A stretch of 64,000 nt of DNA from Camelus dromedarius (Eukaryota), in contig NC_087437.1 of NCBI RefSeq assembly GCF_036321535.1, forward strand, positions 33,730,001 to 33,794,000, read 5' to 3'. Position 1 is the first letter of the stretch. Every line of letters begins with the position of its first letter. Below are positions 62,450 through 64,000 of this stretch, piece by piece. The notes below the pieces were generated by a model. The model made no database searches. It saw only the letters and a list, made by a program, of their open reading frames with translations, and was not told where the DNA came from. Position numbers and translations under genes: made by a program.

Positions 62450-64000
62450 ATGAGTTCAGAGCATTATTTATATAATCCTTTGTGGGAGTATGCATAGCAC
62501 GCATACATACAGAAAAATCATAAGTGAACAACTTGATGAATAAAATGAACACGACCGTGCGACCACCACTTAGGTCTAGAAATAGAATACTACCAGCACT
62601 CGGGAAACCCACAGGGTCACCTCCTATTCATTACCCTCCCTCATCCCCAAGGGAACCACTCATCCGACTTCTATCACAAGAGATTAGCTTTGTTTTGAAC
62701 TTTATATTACTACTATTATGCGTTATATTTTGTACATATATATGTATCTAAACTCTTTTCACTTCATATTATGTTCATGAGATTCCTCCAGGCAGTAGTT
62801 TTTCATTTTCATTGCCATGTAGGTCCCATTGAATGAATGTGCTACAATTTATTCATCTGTTCTACTGTTTGGGGATATTTGGGCTGTTATTGATGTTATG
62901 GTATTATCAACAATGCTTCAAGAGCATTCTTACACATATTGGACGTATACCTAGGGATGGAATTGCAGAGTGACAGAATGGGCGCGTGCCCAGCTTTAGT
63001 AGATGATGCCATGCAGTTTTCCAATGTACGTTTGCAGTCAACCTACGGTTCCACTATCAGTATATGAATTCCTGTTACTCACCATCACTGTATAATCAGT
63101 TTGCTTAAGTTTTAGCCATTCTGGTAGATGTGTAGTAGTATATCTCATTGACTTACTTTCCCTGATGATTGATGTGTTTGAGCCATCATTTCATATGTTT
63201 ACTGGCAATTTGAATATTCTCTCTTAGGTAATCCCTCTTTAATTTTCTTGCCAGTTTTTAAAACTGCATTGTTTTTTTCTTACTAGCATGTGGGAATTCA
63301 TTATGTATTCTATGTATGTGTCTTTTGTTAGTTATATGTATTGCAAATACCTTCTCCCATTATGTAGACTGTCTTCACTTTTTAAATGTGTCTTTGGTGA
63401 AAAAAGTTCTTAATTTTAATGTGGTCAACATTTCTTTCATATATAGCATTTTTTTTGTATCCTTTTCAAGAAATCTTTGCCTCCTGAAGGTCATAAAGAT
63501 ATCCTCCTATGTTATATCCTAGAAGCTTTATCTTTTTGCTTTCACATTCAATATACTTTTCCAATATTGGGACAATCATGATTTTCTTAATTACTTAGCT
63601 AAAGTGATCAATTATATTGATTGATTTTTGAATGTTAAACCGATGTATTCCTTGCATAAATCTATCTTTGCCATGATGTATTATTATCCCTTTTATATAT
63701 CACTCTATGTTGTTTCTAATATTTTGTTTGGGATTTTTCACATTTATGTTCATTAGTGAAATTGCTCAGAATTTACCTTTTTGGTAATATCCTTGTAAGG
63801 TATTCATATTAAGATTATGCTTACCTCAAAAAAAAATGGAAGTGTTCCCTCTTTTTCTGTCCTCTTAAAGAGTTTGTGAAAAAAATGATTTTGTTTCTCC
63901 CTTGTTTGTAAGAATGTGTTAGAAAAGCCATCTTAGCCTGAAGTTTTCTAAAGGTTTTTATTTACATATTTTATTATTTAGTTTCTTTGGTAGTTAGAGT
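62450..64000 (-). mobile_element. Old L1 (L1MD/ME-like) 3'UTR and ORF2, internally deleted, runs off window end
   Basis: 'ccattgaatgaatgtgctacaatttattcatc...tttagccattctggtag...tgtattgcaaataccttctccca...tgaatgttaaacc...agtgttccctctttt'. Confidence 0.85.

Noticed and set aside
1..64000. Prokaryotic/viral system or foreign insert
   Set aside because: No gene-dense, long-ORF or compositionally alien segment was seen. The whole window reads as continuous mammalian repeat-rich DNA.

Overview
This is mammalian, AT-rich, CpG-depleted non-coding genomic DNA. It is very probably from a camelid (camel/alpaca/llama/vicuna), judged by a tRNA-Ala-derived vic-1-type SINE at 28.7 kb and the absence of any Alu, Bov-A/tA, PRE-1 or Can-SINE that I could see. 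I recognise no host protein-coding exon. The ORFs with recognisable protein similarity are transposon fossils: L1 ORF2 C-terminus, L1 ORF1 RRM and a hAT/Charlie transposase. A large part of the window is interspersed repeats: L1 of several ages, L2, MIR, MLT1 and ERV1-like LTRs, MER5A, MER53, MER63, MER102 and Charlie. The most function-like unique sequence is at ~17.7-18.25 kb: a Z-DNA-type tract, a full CRE (TGACGTCA), a variant CRE (TTACGTCA), a FOX motif, a TATA-like element and a splice donor. It reads as a cAMP/CREB-responsive promoter and first exon, with candidate downstream non-coding exons at 22.4 kb and 37.3 kb. I cannot name the gene. I found no demonstrable novel biological system. 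The findings are leads. Repeat family calls come from remembered consensus sequences, and old-repeat boundaries are approximate.
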